Origin: Octopus vulgaris
Lineage: Eukaryota
Direction: 5' to 3'
Length of the DNA stretch: 64,000 nt
Assembly (NCBI GenBank): GCA_951406725.2
Contig: OX597822.1
Span: 82,212,001 to 82,276,000 of the forward strand
The position numbers and the translations under genes are program-made. Position 1 is the stretch's first letter. Each line of letters starts with the position of its first letter. A model generated the notes under the pieces. The model did not search any database. It was not told where the DNA came from and was given only the letters and a program-made list of their open reading frames with translations. Below, one piece after another: positions 25,237-38,360 of this stretch.

Positions 25237-26273
25237 TGCTAAAATGGTCAACCAAGCCAAAATGACCTGACAAGAAAAGCATTCCATGCAACCATCCCAC
25301 CTGCAACTGGCCAACATCGACAGGTGGGTCTTCCAATCAGCATAGAATTGCTGACAACATATGGTTAGGCTTCATCCAAGAATGAATTGATGAGATTGAA
25401 TGGATGGATATAATATGTGGGTTTCTATGTGTTTAATTGTATGTGTGTATGTATGTACAGACAGACAGACAGATAGATGTGTGTTTGTATAGATTGGTGG
25501 GTGGTGTCTATAAAGAGAGAGGGTAAAAGAAAAATATAATCTGTGTGGATGGGTGTGGGCGTGTGTGTGTGTGTAAGTTGCATGGGTTTCTTTGGTGATG
25601 TATTTATATGTTCTTGTTTCTATATGTGTATATGTTGGCATGTATGTGGGTGTGTAGATGTATGTAGGTGTGTGAATAAACAAAAAAAGGGACGAAAAGA
25701 ACAAAGGTGAAGAGTGAAGACTGTCTCTGAGTGTATGTATGTGTGTGTGTGTGTGTATGGTTTCTGTGTCTATGTGTGAGTAAATGAGAAAGAGAAAGAA
25801 GGGAAAGGAAGACAGAGAGGAAAGAGAGTGATGTAGAAATATATCAATGTGTGTCTGGATCTGTATGTGTGTGTGTGTATGTGTGTGTAAATAAGAGACA
25901 GTGAAAAGAAGAGGGGAGAAAGAGTCTGAAGAGGAAATATATTGTTGTGTGTGTATGTTGTTGCCCATATTGGGCAGTTATTATGAATAAAGGCTTTCCA
26001 GCTGTGACCATCCTGTCAGTTCACTATATGTAAACTACCCAACACTACATTATCCAAATCCAATGTGTCCTTTAAAGGTCATTGAAAGGGACTTAAGGGA
26101 GACTTTCTAACAGGTCGAGCAACCACATTGGTATGTGTGAACATTGGAGAAAAATAAAGAAGAGAGATAGACAGACACACAGACAGAATGAATGAATGAG
26201 AGGAAGAAAAGGAAAAAGACAGGAAAGAGTGAGAAGGTGAAACATTTATATGAATATCAATATATTTTATGTA

Positions 26274-26308
<35 letters not shown>

Positions 26309-26616
26309 ATAAGCGAAAGAGAGAGAGGGAGAGAGTAGGGAGGAGGGTGAAATATACTTGTGTGTGTGTGTGTGTGTAAAATGTTATATATTACTTCTGA
26401 TTAATCTATTTTAGCGAGTGATCCTACATATTGGTTTTTCACTTATCAGTCTGTCTATCAGCTTTCATGTTATAGAGATATGGAGAGGGAGAGAGAGAGG
26501 GAGAGAGAGCAAGAGAGAGAGAAGGAAAGAGAGAGAGAGAAAGAAAGAGAGAAACAGATAAACTGATAGAGACTGAGCAGCAAATGGACAGCAGAGTGGA
26601 TGGACAGACACACACA

Positions 26617-26650
<34 letters not shown>

Positions 26651-26684
26651 TAATATTAATAATAATAATTATTGCTGTTGTTAA

Positions 26685-27885
26685 TAGGGTGGGTGGATGG
26701 ACAGAATCATTAGATCGTCAGATAAAATGCTTCATGGTATTTCTTCTGGCTTTTTATGATCCGAGTTCAAATACTGCTGAGGTCAACTTTCTCTTTCATC
26801 CTTGTGGGGTCAATAAAATGAAGAACAAGTCAAATACTTAAGTTGATGGTATTGACTAGCTCCCAGCCTCTAAAACAATTAGTCTCATACAAAAACCACA
26901 AAGAGCTGCGATTATTATTATTATTATTATTAAGGCGGTGAGTTGGCAGAATTGTTAGCATGCCAGCCGAAATGCTTAGCAGTATTTTTTCTGCCACTAC
27001 ATTCTGAGTTCAAATTCCACTGAGATTGACTTTGCCTTTCATCGTTTTGGGGGGTCGATAAAAATAAGCACCTGTTAAGTACTGGGGGGGTCAATGTAAT
27101 CGACTCATCGCCCTCCCCCAAATTTCAGGCCTTGTGCCTATAGCAGAAAGGATTATTATTATTATTATTATCATCATCATCATTGCTATTATTAAGGTGA
27201 TGAGCTGGCTGAATAATTAGCCAACTGGGTAAGATGCTCAATGGTATGTCTTCTGTTTTTATGATCCGAGTTTGAATTCTGCCAAGGTTGACTTTGCACT
27301 TCATCATTCTGGGATTGATAAAATAAGTACCAGTTGAGCACAGGGGTTGATTTAATCGACTTGCCTCCTGCCCCAAAACTGCTGGCCTTGTGCCAAAATT
27401 CAAAAGCATCAACATTATCATTATTATTATTAAAGTAGCGAGCTGGCAGAATCATTAGCATGCTAGGTGAAATGCTTAGTGGTATTTCGTTTGTCTTCAT
27501 GTTCTGAGTTCAAATTCCACCGAGGTCGACTTTGCCTTTTATCCTTTCGGAGTCGATAAATTAACTACCAGTAAAACACTGGGGTCTATGTAATCAACTG
27601 GTCCCCTCCCCACAAATTTGAGGCTTCGTGCCTCCAGTAGGAAGGATTATTATTATTATCATTCCTTTCAAGGAAGATAGTAAGCTGACAGAATTGTTAG
27701 CACTTTGGACAAAAATGCTTAGTGGCATTTCATCTATCTTCATGTTCTAAATTCAAATTCTATAGATGTCAACTTTGCCCTTTATTATTTCAGGGTTGAT
27801 AAAAGTGGTTCCAGTTTAATACCGGGAATGATGCAACTGACTTACCCGACCCTTGAAATTGCTGGCCTTGTGCTAAAATTTGATA
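26685..27885 (+). mobile_element. Head-to-tail cluster of five family B SINEs
   Basis: Five copies of the ggcagaatcattagc...gagttcaaatt...actttgcctttcatc module (starts about 26685, 26931, 27193, 27430, 27675), separated by (ATT)n tracts. Confidence 0.88.
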
Positions 27886-28994
27886 TCATTCTTTTCCACA
27901 ACTTGCACAAAGCCTAAAATTATAGGGGAAGGAGGCTAGACAACAGGTACTTATTTTATCAACCCCTAAAGGATGACAGGCAAAATTGATCTGAACACAA
28001 AACTTTTCCTTTCGATAATAGAAATTATTTATAATAACCAAATTTCCAGTTGATTTCATACTAGAAGTCGAGAACCAGTCTCAGCCCTCACCAGAAATAG
28101 CTGAAAGGAATAATATGACATGGGCTCTTGGTCACAAGAGGCTTGGAAATGTCACTTCCAGTTTGTAGGTCTTATGACCACTGTAAAAAATTGGAACAAA
28201 ATTCTTAGGAGAAATCACCCAAGTTAAATGCAGAGAGAAAAATATTTAGTTCATTGGAGTTATGTCCCTTGCATTGGGACCCAAAAGGACCACCCCCAGC
28301 ATGCAAGATATTTGCTTGTAGGGTGGGGACATGCAACCTAATTTTGATTCTTCAATGTGTAAAACTTGTTTCTCTTTGTATGCATCCCTAGTGGTTTCCA
28401 GAAATTGATTGCTGTTCAGTTTTACCCTCAAATCACACCATATTATCTCTGAAATATAGGGATTTATTGAATAACCCAGTCCTAGATACACTTTAAAAAG
28501 AGAGGGGATTGGAATACCTTTGATGATAGATCTACTCAGTCAGAGTTGTTCTGGGACTCAACAACAACCATACATTCACCTGGTCCTCGGGTGAGTTTAA
28601 CAAAGTTCTCTCTGTCGCATGTATTTAGACCAGAGTCTGGGTTCCTACTCTGCCCCTATTCTCTCTACATACATTGACTCACAGATATTCAGACACAGTA
28701 GCAGCCAATATCATTTCTGAGAGTTTACAAAGGTCATGGACACTTCCTATTCTCCAATTAATTGCATAAAGAAAATTAAACATTTAATGAAGTAGGTGTG
28801 TGACCTGATTTCCATTCACTGAAATGTAACCATTTAATACATTCCGCCATTGTGCTGTTGTCTTTAGAAAGGGTTACAGTTATTGTTGAGTTCAGAACCA
28901 GATCGGCTGTTTGTTTCCCCTAGTTTGGTAACTGCTTGTTTCCCCTATTTTGGTGACTGATTATTTTCCCCTAGTTTGGTCAAACATATGTAGG

Positions 28995-29037
28995 CATCTC
29001 TGATGAGAATCCAATAAGATTTGAAACTGATTAAGGT
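28995..29037 (+). ncRNA. Decayed hammerhead motif
   Basis: CTGATGA-gaatc(caataa)gattt-GAAAC; stems I and III are poor. Preceded by three ~25-bp tandem units (28907-28982). Confidence 0.45.
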
Positions 29038-30111
29038 TGTTCATTACTTATTCAAAATATACAAAAAAAGGCTACCCCAGTATGCAAGATATTTGATTGT
29101 AGGGCAGGGACTTGTAACCTAGCTAGCCCTGTTTATAAAGGTGCTATATACATTGCATAAATCATATCATACCTTGATACTGTGTGAATGTAGATTCCCA
29201 TTGAGAAACCCCCAACATTTACAGTATGTAAATTAGCAATTCAAGTTTCCTGTAGCTGGGCAGCTGTGTGAAGAAGTGTCACACCCTAACAGTGGATGGA
29301 ACCTGTGGAAGAGGTACACCCAGGAAGACATAGGATGAGGTGCTGAAACACATCCTTCAAACTTTGGGCCTGAAACGGAAACTGAAAGAAGCTCGTCGTA
29401 TATACATATGTGTACATCTTTGTGTGTCTGTGTTTCCCCCCGCATCATCGCTTGACAACCGATGTTGGTGTGTCTATGTACCTCCGTAACTTAGCAGTTC
29501 AGCAAAAGAGACAGAATAAGTACAATGAATAAGTTCTGGGGTTGACTAAAAGTGGTGCTCCAGCATGGCTGCAGTTAACTGAGTGAAACAAATAAAAGAG
29601 TAGAGGTGTATATATACACACAGAGATGGACTTCTTTCAGTTTCTCTCTACCAAATCCATTCACAAGGCTTTGGTTGGTCCTCGGCTATAGTAGAAGACA
29701 CTTGCCCAAGGTGCCATGCAGTGGGACTGAACACCAAATCATGTGGTTGGCAAGCAAGCTTCTTCCTACAGCAGCCACACCCGTGCCTATATAAAGCATT
29801 CTTGAAAACGTTCTGCAATAAAGTATAGGCATAAAAGCCACAACACCACATTTAAAACAAAACAAAAAAATCGAATAATATTTCCCTGACAAAAACTGTC
29901 TAATGTTAAATGTCTCATCCTCATTTAACATCCTCTTTTCCATGCTGGCATGGTCCAGAAAGAATTTGGTTGGGGCAGATTTTCTATGGCTGGATGCCCT
30001 TCCTGTTGCTAACTTTCATCTGTTTACAACTACAGTAAGGGTTACCCATGACCAACTTCCCTCGTATGATGATAATGCTTGGTTACGACCATAACGTGAT
30101 GTCTAAATGAG

Positions 30112-30522
30112 AATATACGGAAACACATATATACACGCACACATATACACACACACATATATATATATATATACAAACACAGGCGCACAGGCACATATAT
30201 ATGCACACAAACACAGGCACATGCATGCACGCACACAGGCACAAGCACACACAGACAGGTATATGCACATGCACAGACAATGCATGCAAACATACGCACA
30301 TGCACCATGTATGTACACACACGCACATGCATGCACAGACACAGGCACATGCACACACAAACAGTCACATGCACACACAGGCATGTGCACACACAGACAT
30401 GTGCATGCACACAAGCACACGCACACACAGGCACATGCAGGCATGTACACACACACAGGCACATGCACACACAGGCACGCACACACACACACACAGACAT
30501 ACACACATGCATGCATGCATGC
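30112..30522. repeat. Degenerate (CA)/(GCACAT)-rich minisatellite
   Basis: Repeats of acacaggcacatgc-like units. Confidence 0.9.
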
Positions 30523-31514
30523 ACTGGGGTCCTTTAGGTTTTTGTCTGCTAAATCCACTCACAAGGTTTGGCCAACACAGGGCTATAGTGAAAGATATTT
30601 ACCCAAGGTCCATGCAGTTAGATCAAACCTGAAATCCTGTAGTCACACAGCAAGCTTCTTAACCACACAGCCATGCCTGTGGCTGTATCTAATTCACTTA
30701 TTAAAAGAAAGGATCACAGAAGATTATTGATTTTCCAAAATTGTGTTCCAATGCCAAAACATTAGAAACTACCAACTAAATCGTTCGACTATGATGGCAC
30801 TTATGTCCCACAAGATCCAGTTTCACTTCCAAGATATACAAAGCAGAACCAGCTTGCTTAATGCAAGTTTAAAGTTTCCTCACACACACACAAGAAATCA
30901 ATATTTTGACAAGCATTTCCTCAAAGTATTGCTGTGGATTAACTCAAAGACAGAAGCTATTTGAAAATGCATAATTCACAGCTCATTTCTTCCACCATAA
31001 CTAACAGTATCACAAGACATGAGAGCCTCTACATGGTAGCTCAGCCAGCTAGAAATAGCAGCTGAACATATTTCAAATAATATTCTGTTGTTATTTTTAC
31101 TTAATGTTATTTTATCATATATATATATATATATATATTCTTTTATTTGTTTCAGTCATTTGACTGCAGCGATGCTGGAGCACTGCCTTTAGTCAAACAG
31201 ATCAACCCCAGAACTTATTCTTTGTAAACCTAGTACTTATTCTATCGGTCTCTTTTGCCGAACCACTAAGTTATGGGGACATAAACACACCAGCATCGGT
31301 TGTCAAGCAATGGTGGGGGGGGACAAACACACACACATATATATGACAGGCTTCTTTCAGTTTCCATCTACCAAATCCACTCACAAGGCTTTGGTCAACC
31401 CGAGGCTATAGTAGAAGACACTTGCCCAAGGTGCTATGCAGTAGGACTGAACCTGGAACCATGTAGTTGGTTAGCAAGCTACTTACTACACAGCCACTCC
31501 TGTACCTACTCACC

Positions 31515-31708
31515 ACACAGCCATTATTTTATTTTTATTTTCTCTCTATGCTTATTTCTGTGTTCCTTTCTGTTGAAGAGCGTATGCTCAAAACATAAAA
31601 GACTTTCTCACTTCCCAAGCATTAAACTAATACACCTTTTTGTCGTTTACACACCCATCTTTATCTTTTGTTTTGTTTCTCTTTTGTAAATTCCAACTAT
31701 ATATATAC
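31515..31708 (+). mobile_element. Short PLE-pLTR-like unit with CpG-decayed hammerhead (31565-31603)
   Basis: ctttCTGTTGAagagcgtatgctcAAAACATAaaagac; paralog of 24370-24535. Confidence 0.65.
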
Positions 31709-32326
31709 TTTTTATAATGATTGTTTACTTCTGACATCTTGAAATGTTGTAGCAAAATTCAGCGCTGGCTATAACCTCTATGGAATATCTGTAGAAATAA
31801 CCATAATAATATATATAAATACATACATACATACATACATACATACATACACTAACACACACACACAACAGACTTCTTTCAGTTTCTGTCTACAAAATCC
31901 ACTCACAAGGCTTTGGCTGGCTGAGGCTATAGTTGAAGACACTTGCCCAAGGTGTCACACAGTGGGACTGAACCCATAACCATGTGATTGGGAAGGAAGC
32001 TGCTTACCATACAGCCACGCCTGTGCTTAATGTCTACTTTTCCATGTTGGAATGGGTCAGATGGAATTTATTGATGTGGATTTTCTGCAGCTGGATACCC
32101 TTCCTGTCACCAACCCTAACCTGTTTTCAAGTAAGGTAATATTTCCCCCTTAACCAGACAGGTTTTCAGGAAAGATTGATAATGAAGGCCACCACCTGCA
32201 TAATAGTAGCACTCATGTATAATAATCACACAATGTTAAGGTAAAGAAATAGGACTACACACACGACAGGTTTCTTTCAGTTTCTTTTTACCAAATCCAT
32301 TTCTAATGCTTTGGTCAGCCTGGGGG

Positions 32327-32492
32327 CAGGGCTGGCCCTAGGGTTGCTGGTGCCCTGGGCAAGCTTAACTTCGGCATGTACAAGGTGACAGTCATGGAAA
32401 TTTCCTTGTCTTTGTCATGCCCTCCTTTGCACCTCCTAGCACATGGTATCCCAGGTGATTGCCTGAGTTGCTGGCACCTTGAGTCAGCCCTG
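32327..32492. mobile_element. hAT-like MITE nested in a family A SINE
   Basis: TIRs cagggctggccct / gagtcagccctg; degenerate 8-bp flanks cctggggg / cctagagg; SINE sequence continues on both sides. Confidence 0.7.
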
Positions 32493-32685
32493 CCTAGAGG
32501 TATAGAAGATACTTGCCAAAGGTGCCACATAGTGAGACTGAACCTAAAGCCATATGGGCAGAAAGCGAACTTCTTACCACACAACCAAGCCTGATATATT
32601 AATTTAAATCGATGCGTCTGACCACAAGAAGAGGGAGGAATAGAGGAATATATATATCACTGTCACATCAGTACCTGTGATAAAA

Positions 32686-32728
<43 letters not shown>

Positions 32729-32733
32729 ATGTA

Positions 32734-32766
<33 letters not shown>

Positions 32767-32846
32767 GTATAAATGTGACCACATGTGTACCGTTGGCGAT
32801 TTTTTTTTCCTCTGTCTTCCCTTCTCTGGATCTTTCCTTCTCCTAT

Positions 32847-32881
32847 GTTTCTGACGAAGAGCTCCGCTCGAAACGTTAAAC
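32847..32881 (+). ncRNA. Minimal type I hammerhead ribozyme in a ~210-bp unit (32770-32980) between (TA)n tracts
   Basis: gttt-CTGACGA-a-gagc(tcc)gctc-GAAAC-GTT-aaac: canonical core with perfect stems I and II. Confidence 0.8.
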
Positions 32882-32971
32882 CCTCCTCTTCCTTCTTGAG
32901 CGTCCAATAATACTATATTTGTTCCACGTCCTCGCGTGCTGTGTTTTCTCTTTGTGTTTTCATGTTTGGAT

Positions 32972-33020
<49 letters not shown>

Positions 33021-33024
33021 ATGT

Positions 33025-33058
<34 letters not shown>

Positions 33059-33559
33059 GAAGCAGGAGTGACTGGGTGGTGAGACGCTTGCTTCCAAACT
33101 GCATGGTTCCAAGTTCAGTCCCACTGTGTGGCACCTTGTGCAAGTGTCTTCTACTATAGCCTCAGGCCAACCAAATCCTTCTGAGAAGATTTGGTAGACG
33201 GAAACTGAAAGACCATCTTTCACACACACACACACATCTGTTTTTGTTCCTCACCGTTGCTGGACAACTGATGTTGGTTTGTTTACATCCCCATAACTTA
33301 GGAGTTTGACATAAAAAAAGCTGGTGGAATAAATTCAATGCAGTGCTCCAGCATGGCCGCAGTTCAACGACTGAAACACATTGTTATGTATAGCAGAGAG
33401 AATGACCCAATTTTTTTAATTCCAACCCAATTCCATTACGATCCTTCCTTGAACTAATTATTTCTCTCTATAGATGGGCATGGATGGATGTCACATAATT
33501 TGTATTCTCAGTCTCCCAACACTACCACCACCACCACCACAACAACTCTATAATTTTGC

Positions 33560-34980
33560 GGCCAAGTATTTCGTGTAAATAAAGAAACAAATAAACGAAT
33601 AGATCGATATTGTCAAGGTCAGTGTAATGTAGGATAAGTTGGAGGTGACGATGACGACGATGATAGCGAAGGTATCAACATCGCCACCTGTAATCAGTTC
33701 TCTTTGAAGTCGACCAAGTCAGCTGAACGACCAGCCAGAAAACCAGCCAGCGAGCTACTTTCGCCAGCCGCGTTTTCTTTTTAACCACCCCCACCCCGAA
33801 TCTACCCCCGCCACTGAATGCACGTCAAACATAATCATACACACACACACACACACCATATATCGATCTGTTTAGCTAAGCTTAGGTAAGTCTAGTCTCT
33901 CTCTCTTCTTAACACACACACACAAAAAAAAAAACAAAAAAACGAAATGCTAGTCAGGTGCTGCAGCTTGAATTCGAACACCGCTCCAACCACCCCCGCC
34001 ACCACTACGACAATCTCAAATACCATCGCTGCTACACGCTCCACTCCAATCCACCGTCACCGTACTATGACCAACACTACAATTATCACTGTCATAACTG
34101 CAACCACCACCACCGTAACAATTTCACAATAACCACCACAACTACTACCATCACTATCATCATGTCCACAACTACCTCCCTCACCACCACCACCACCATA
34201 ATAACTATTTCACTGCCAACGTCACCATCTCCACCACTGTGAACACCACCACCACCACCACCATTATCATGACACTCACCTTCCCCAAATCAGCTTTTTA
34301 CACTGTGTTCTATATATAGAAAGACAGACCTATAAGTAGAATGACTTCGCCCAAAATCACAGCTAAAAATAGAACCGAGAAAATATTCAACTTGTGATTG
34401 CAGTGAGGGCGGCGGCGGCGCTGGCGCCGGCGGACGGACGTGGTGGCGGCGGTTGTGTTGATGGCTGGTGATGGAGGTGGCGGTGACTTGATGATGGTGT
34501 CGGTGGTGATCGTCTGATTTGTTATTGGTAGTGGCGGCAGCGGCGCTTTTGGTAGTGTGGCAGCGCTTAAGGTTGTAAGACGGTAATGGTTACCTGATGA
34601 TGATGATGATGGCGTTGGCGGTGGACTGATCGTGTTTACAATTTGGTGGCGATGGTGTTAGTGGTGGGGGGGATGGCAGGTGATTTGCTCGTGTTGTTGA
34701 TCTGACCGTAACATTTAATGATGATCTCAATGAGGTGGGGGTGGGGGTGGGTGGCGATGATCATACGATGGATGGTTGAGATTTGATGGTGCCTATGAAT
34801 TTTATTTTTGTTGTAAGAGGTAGTTGAGGGATCAATGGTATTTTTGTTGGTGTAGTGGTGATGCTTATTGGTGGTATTAAGGTCGTAGTATTAGCAGCAG
34901 CGACACTAGTAGTAACAGTAGCAGTGGTAGTAGTAATAGTGGTGGTGGTGGTGGTGGAGGTGGTTTTCATTTTTACGAGC
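33560..34980. promoter_or_regulatory. CpG-rich promoter-like region at the boundary of the CpG-depleted domain
   Basis: Abrupt appearance of CpGs, a (GGC)n tract at 34408-34450 and (ACC/GGT)n low-complexity flanks. Confidence 0.6.
34280..34450 (-). other. Candidate non-coding first exon of the minus-strand gene (5' end uncertain)
   Basis: Perfect donor AAG|GTGAGT at 34280/34279 downstream of a GC-rich tract; no ATG seen. Confidence 0.55.
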
Positions 34981-36734
34981 CGAAGAAGGAAATTTCGACT
35001 TGCAAGAAATAGCAGCCAAATTCCTTCAAATCACACCTTACCATTTTGAAAAAGACAGAACACGTTCTATAACGTAATCCTGCGGGACTGTCGTGGATGG
35101 AACGTTTTTGATCATAAGTCTGCTCAATCAGAGCCAGCAACGTTGGCAGTGATGTTAGTTAATGTTGTTGTTGCGGCGGTGGTGGTGGTGGTTGTAATAA
35201 TGATGTTAACAATGCTGTTTGCTGAAGTCAGCGATGCAGTAGTGATCATTGTTATTATTATTATTTAACCCCAGGTCGACTCTGGTCAAACAGATCAACG
35301 ATCATATGTATTCCAGCCGTGGCTATCCCCTGTCTTTTTCCTATGAACAAGGAAACAAGGTCACCTTATCCGGCGTGTGTTCAGGTGTAGGTCGTTATCA
35401 TTTAGTCCTACGTCAACCTTATCGTCTTTAAGACAAAGGTAGGGTATGATTTAAAGCGATTTGGCTGCTATTTCTAACATGCGGCAAGGCCACGCGTAGA
35501 GACTCCATCATTAGCTCGGTGTAGTCGTAACAAACATGATTGATGATTTTCGGGTGTTGTTGCGAACAGGTGTTCTTGGTAGTTTCCTGATGGCGGTGAC
35601 GTTTGTTGGTGGTGATTGCCCAAGGCTTGTTACTTCAGCGAATTTCGTTTGGTTATCGATTCCACCGGCACAACGCCCACAATTCTGCGTCGATATCGCC
35701 CATGCAAAAATGATTCTCTCACAAAACGTCTTGTGAAGGGCGTTTGGGAAATACGAAGGCCGTGTGCGTATGCGTGTGATAGTGTACGTGTGTGAGTGTG
35801 ATAGTGTGGGAGTGTTAGAGCGTATGTGTGTGTGTGTTAGAGCGTGTGTGTGTGTGTGTTAGAGCGTGTGTGTATGTGTGTGGTAAAGTGTGTGTGTGTG
35901 TGTGTGGTAAAGCGTGTGTGTGTGTGTGTGTGTGGTAAAGCGTGTGTGTGTGTTAGAGCGCGTGCGTGTTAGAGCGCGTGCGTGTTATAGCGCGTGCGTG
36001 TTATAGCGCGTGCGTGTTATAGCGCGTGCGTGTTAGAGCGTGTGTATGTATGTGATTCTGTCTTGCTTAGCTCTGATCCAACAAACCAAGGATCAAAAAT
36101 AGTTTAAACATAACCAATGAGTCTTTTATTCAGGTATAGTCTATCTAAGACTACATCATCTAATATCTTCTTTCTATGTTTTCTTTTCCTTTCATTTTGT
36201 TTCATTTTTTTTTTTTACATGAAATAGCGGGGATTATGATCTGAAGGAGATTTGGCTGTTCTTTCTAGCAGATCGAATGACCGGACTTGTTGGTATTGTG
36301 ACGGTGATGGTGGTGTTGGTTGTAGTGGTGATGGTAGCGGTGTTTAATGAAGACATCATCTAAAGTGATTGATTATCTAAAATATCATTCAGCTGTTTAG
36401 TTGTGCATCCATGCAAATATTTACTCACATACACACACCTGTCACACACACGCGCGCGCACACACACACACATACATGTATACCACATAGACAAACATAA
36501 TTACTACAAATACGTTGGCGCAAATATGTGCCACGGGTGCAGGCGTGGTTGTTTGGCATGAAGTTCGCCTTCCGATATGGTTTCAACAAGTGTTAGTTTG
36601 TTTACGTCCCACGCATGTCTGCGTCAGTCGTACTGCGTGACACCCGGGTGAAATATCTCCTACTATAGCCCTGGGCCGAACGAAGCCTTGTAAGGGGATT
36701 TGATAGACAGAAATTGAAAGAAGCCTCGCTGTGT

Positions 36735-36863
36735 CAGGAGCGATCCCAAGTGGAGTGATGATAGGCACGTACCCACTTCAAGAAAAAAAAAAAAGCGCCC
36801 TTTTCTCCTGCAATTCTATTCCCTTCTGACTTCCCCTTCGAAAAATTCCTGGGACCGCGCCTG
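36735..36863. mobile_element. Small MITE
   Basis: TIRs caggagcgatcccaag / cctgggaccgcgcctg. Confidence 0.55.
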
Positions 36864-37129
36864 CGTGTAATCACTCTAGTTCCTTGAAGCTACTGGATTC
36901 GTCGTGTATCTGAATAGTTTGGTTGCTTGATTCTTTGAGATTGGTCAAGTGATGTAAACACCTCTCATGAGAACCCAATATTGACTGAAAATCGATAACG
37001 GATGTTTATCGATTTTTTAATCTACGGAGAAATTGTGAAACTTGCCCTGCTTACGTATCCACTTCATACGTTACTCACAAATACTCACATTTTGGATCTT
37101 TTCAGTTTGGTTACCAATTTTCGAAAATT

Positions 37130-37290
37130 CAATAATAATAACATCGAAAAATACCTTAGTAATGAGAACCCAGGTTCGAAATTTCCCCAAGACACCTGAT
37201 GAAGGTGGGCGGGTTATCAGCGGAAATGTTGTGTTAACAACAAACAAGATGAGGACAAATATCCGTCAAATGTAAAATAATGTAAATAAA
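37130..37290 (+). mobile_element. Solo copy of the hammerhead-bearing arm of the 22660-23056 element
   Basis: (aat)n-aacatcgaaaaataccttag...gacacCTGATGAaggtgggcgggttatcagcgGAAAtgttgtgtt...tatccgtcaaatgtaa; the HHR is partly degenerate. Confidence 0.85.
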
Positions 37291-37815
37291 TTCAAAGTTT
37301 ATTGAAGATCTTAAAATTCGGTACATTAATGTAATTCAGTTGAATCTCCTGAGATATTTAACATTTTTCAGGAATTTTTTTAGAAAAAGTTATAGAGGTT
37401 TAAAATTTGATGATAATTTTCACCTAGTCAGAAAACAGGATTTGGAAAATGTCATTTTGTGCGTGAAAGTACGAGTTGTCAACTATAAAAAATAAACGAA
37501 ATCAATTCGAACAGAAATTTAAGAGATTGAAAATTGGCAGCCAAACGGGGAAAAAAATGCCACATTTCTCTCTCTCTCTCTCCCTTTCTGTGTGTGTGTG
37601 TTATGTTTGTACCCAACCACTGCTTGACAACCGGTGTTGGTTTGCTTACGCCCCCTGTATAGCTGCATAGTTAAGAAACTCGCTTCACAACCACATGGTT
37701 TCGGGTTAAGCTATCTACTGCGCGGCACTTTGGTCAAGTGTTGTCTGCAATAACTCCAGGCCGACCAATGCCTCGTCAGTGAATATTTCGTACACAGAAA
37801 CTGTGCGGAATCTCG

Positions 37816-37850
<35 letters not shown>

Positions 37851-38059
37851 AGAATCGGTAATGGTTTGTTTATATCCCCGTAATTTAGCGGTTCGTCAAA
37901 AAAAGAGATAAAATAAGTACCAGACTTAAGGAAAAAAAAAACGAAAGTGCTGGTGTTTATCTGTTAGACTATTCTTTAAAGGCAGTGCTCCAGTTTGGCC
38001 GCAGTCTAATGACTGAAAACAATATAAAATAAAGGGAAGGAGAGTAGCCATGGTGTTTG

Positions 38060-38360
38060 CAGGCGTTCTTTGACTGATGAGACTAACGCCATTAATGTTC
38101 TTCTTGAACATATACGGGGAAAGACAGGAGCGATGAGAGAATTCCAGTGGGGTGACATTCTGGAGAAAGAAGGGCTGAATCTAGTACACTGGCTACAACA
38201 AGTATAATGGAAGGGGGAGAAAAGAGTGAGATAGGCGTGCTCAAGTGGAGGGAACATGAGCTCAGCTAGTTCCAAATAGCAGAAACTATTATAGAAGCCG
38301 TGGAGAAGGCAGAAAGTGGAGACACAACATGCTTGTGGGCCACAGGCTGAAGTATGCCTG
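38060..38360 (-). mobile_element. CR1/L2-group LINE 3' fragment (decayed)
   Basis: Minus-strand PSFSRMSPHWNSLIAPVFP and FKKNIN match the SF..R...WNSL...FK C-terminal LINE motif. Confidence 0.6.
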
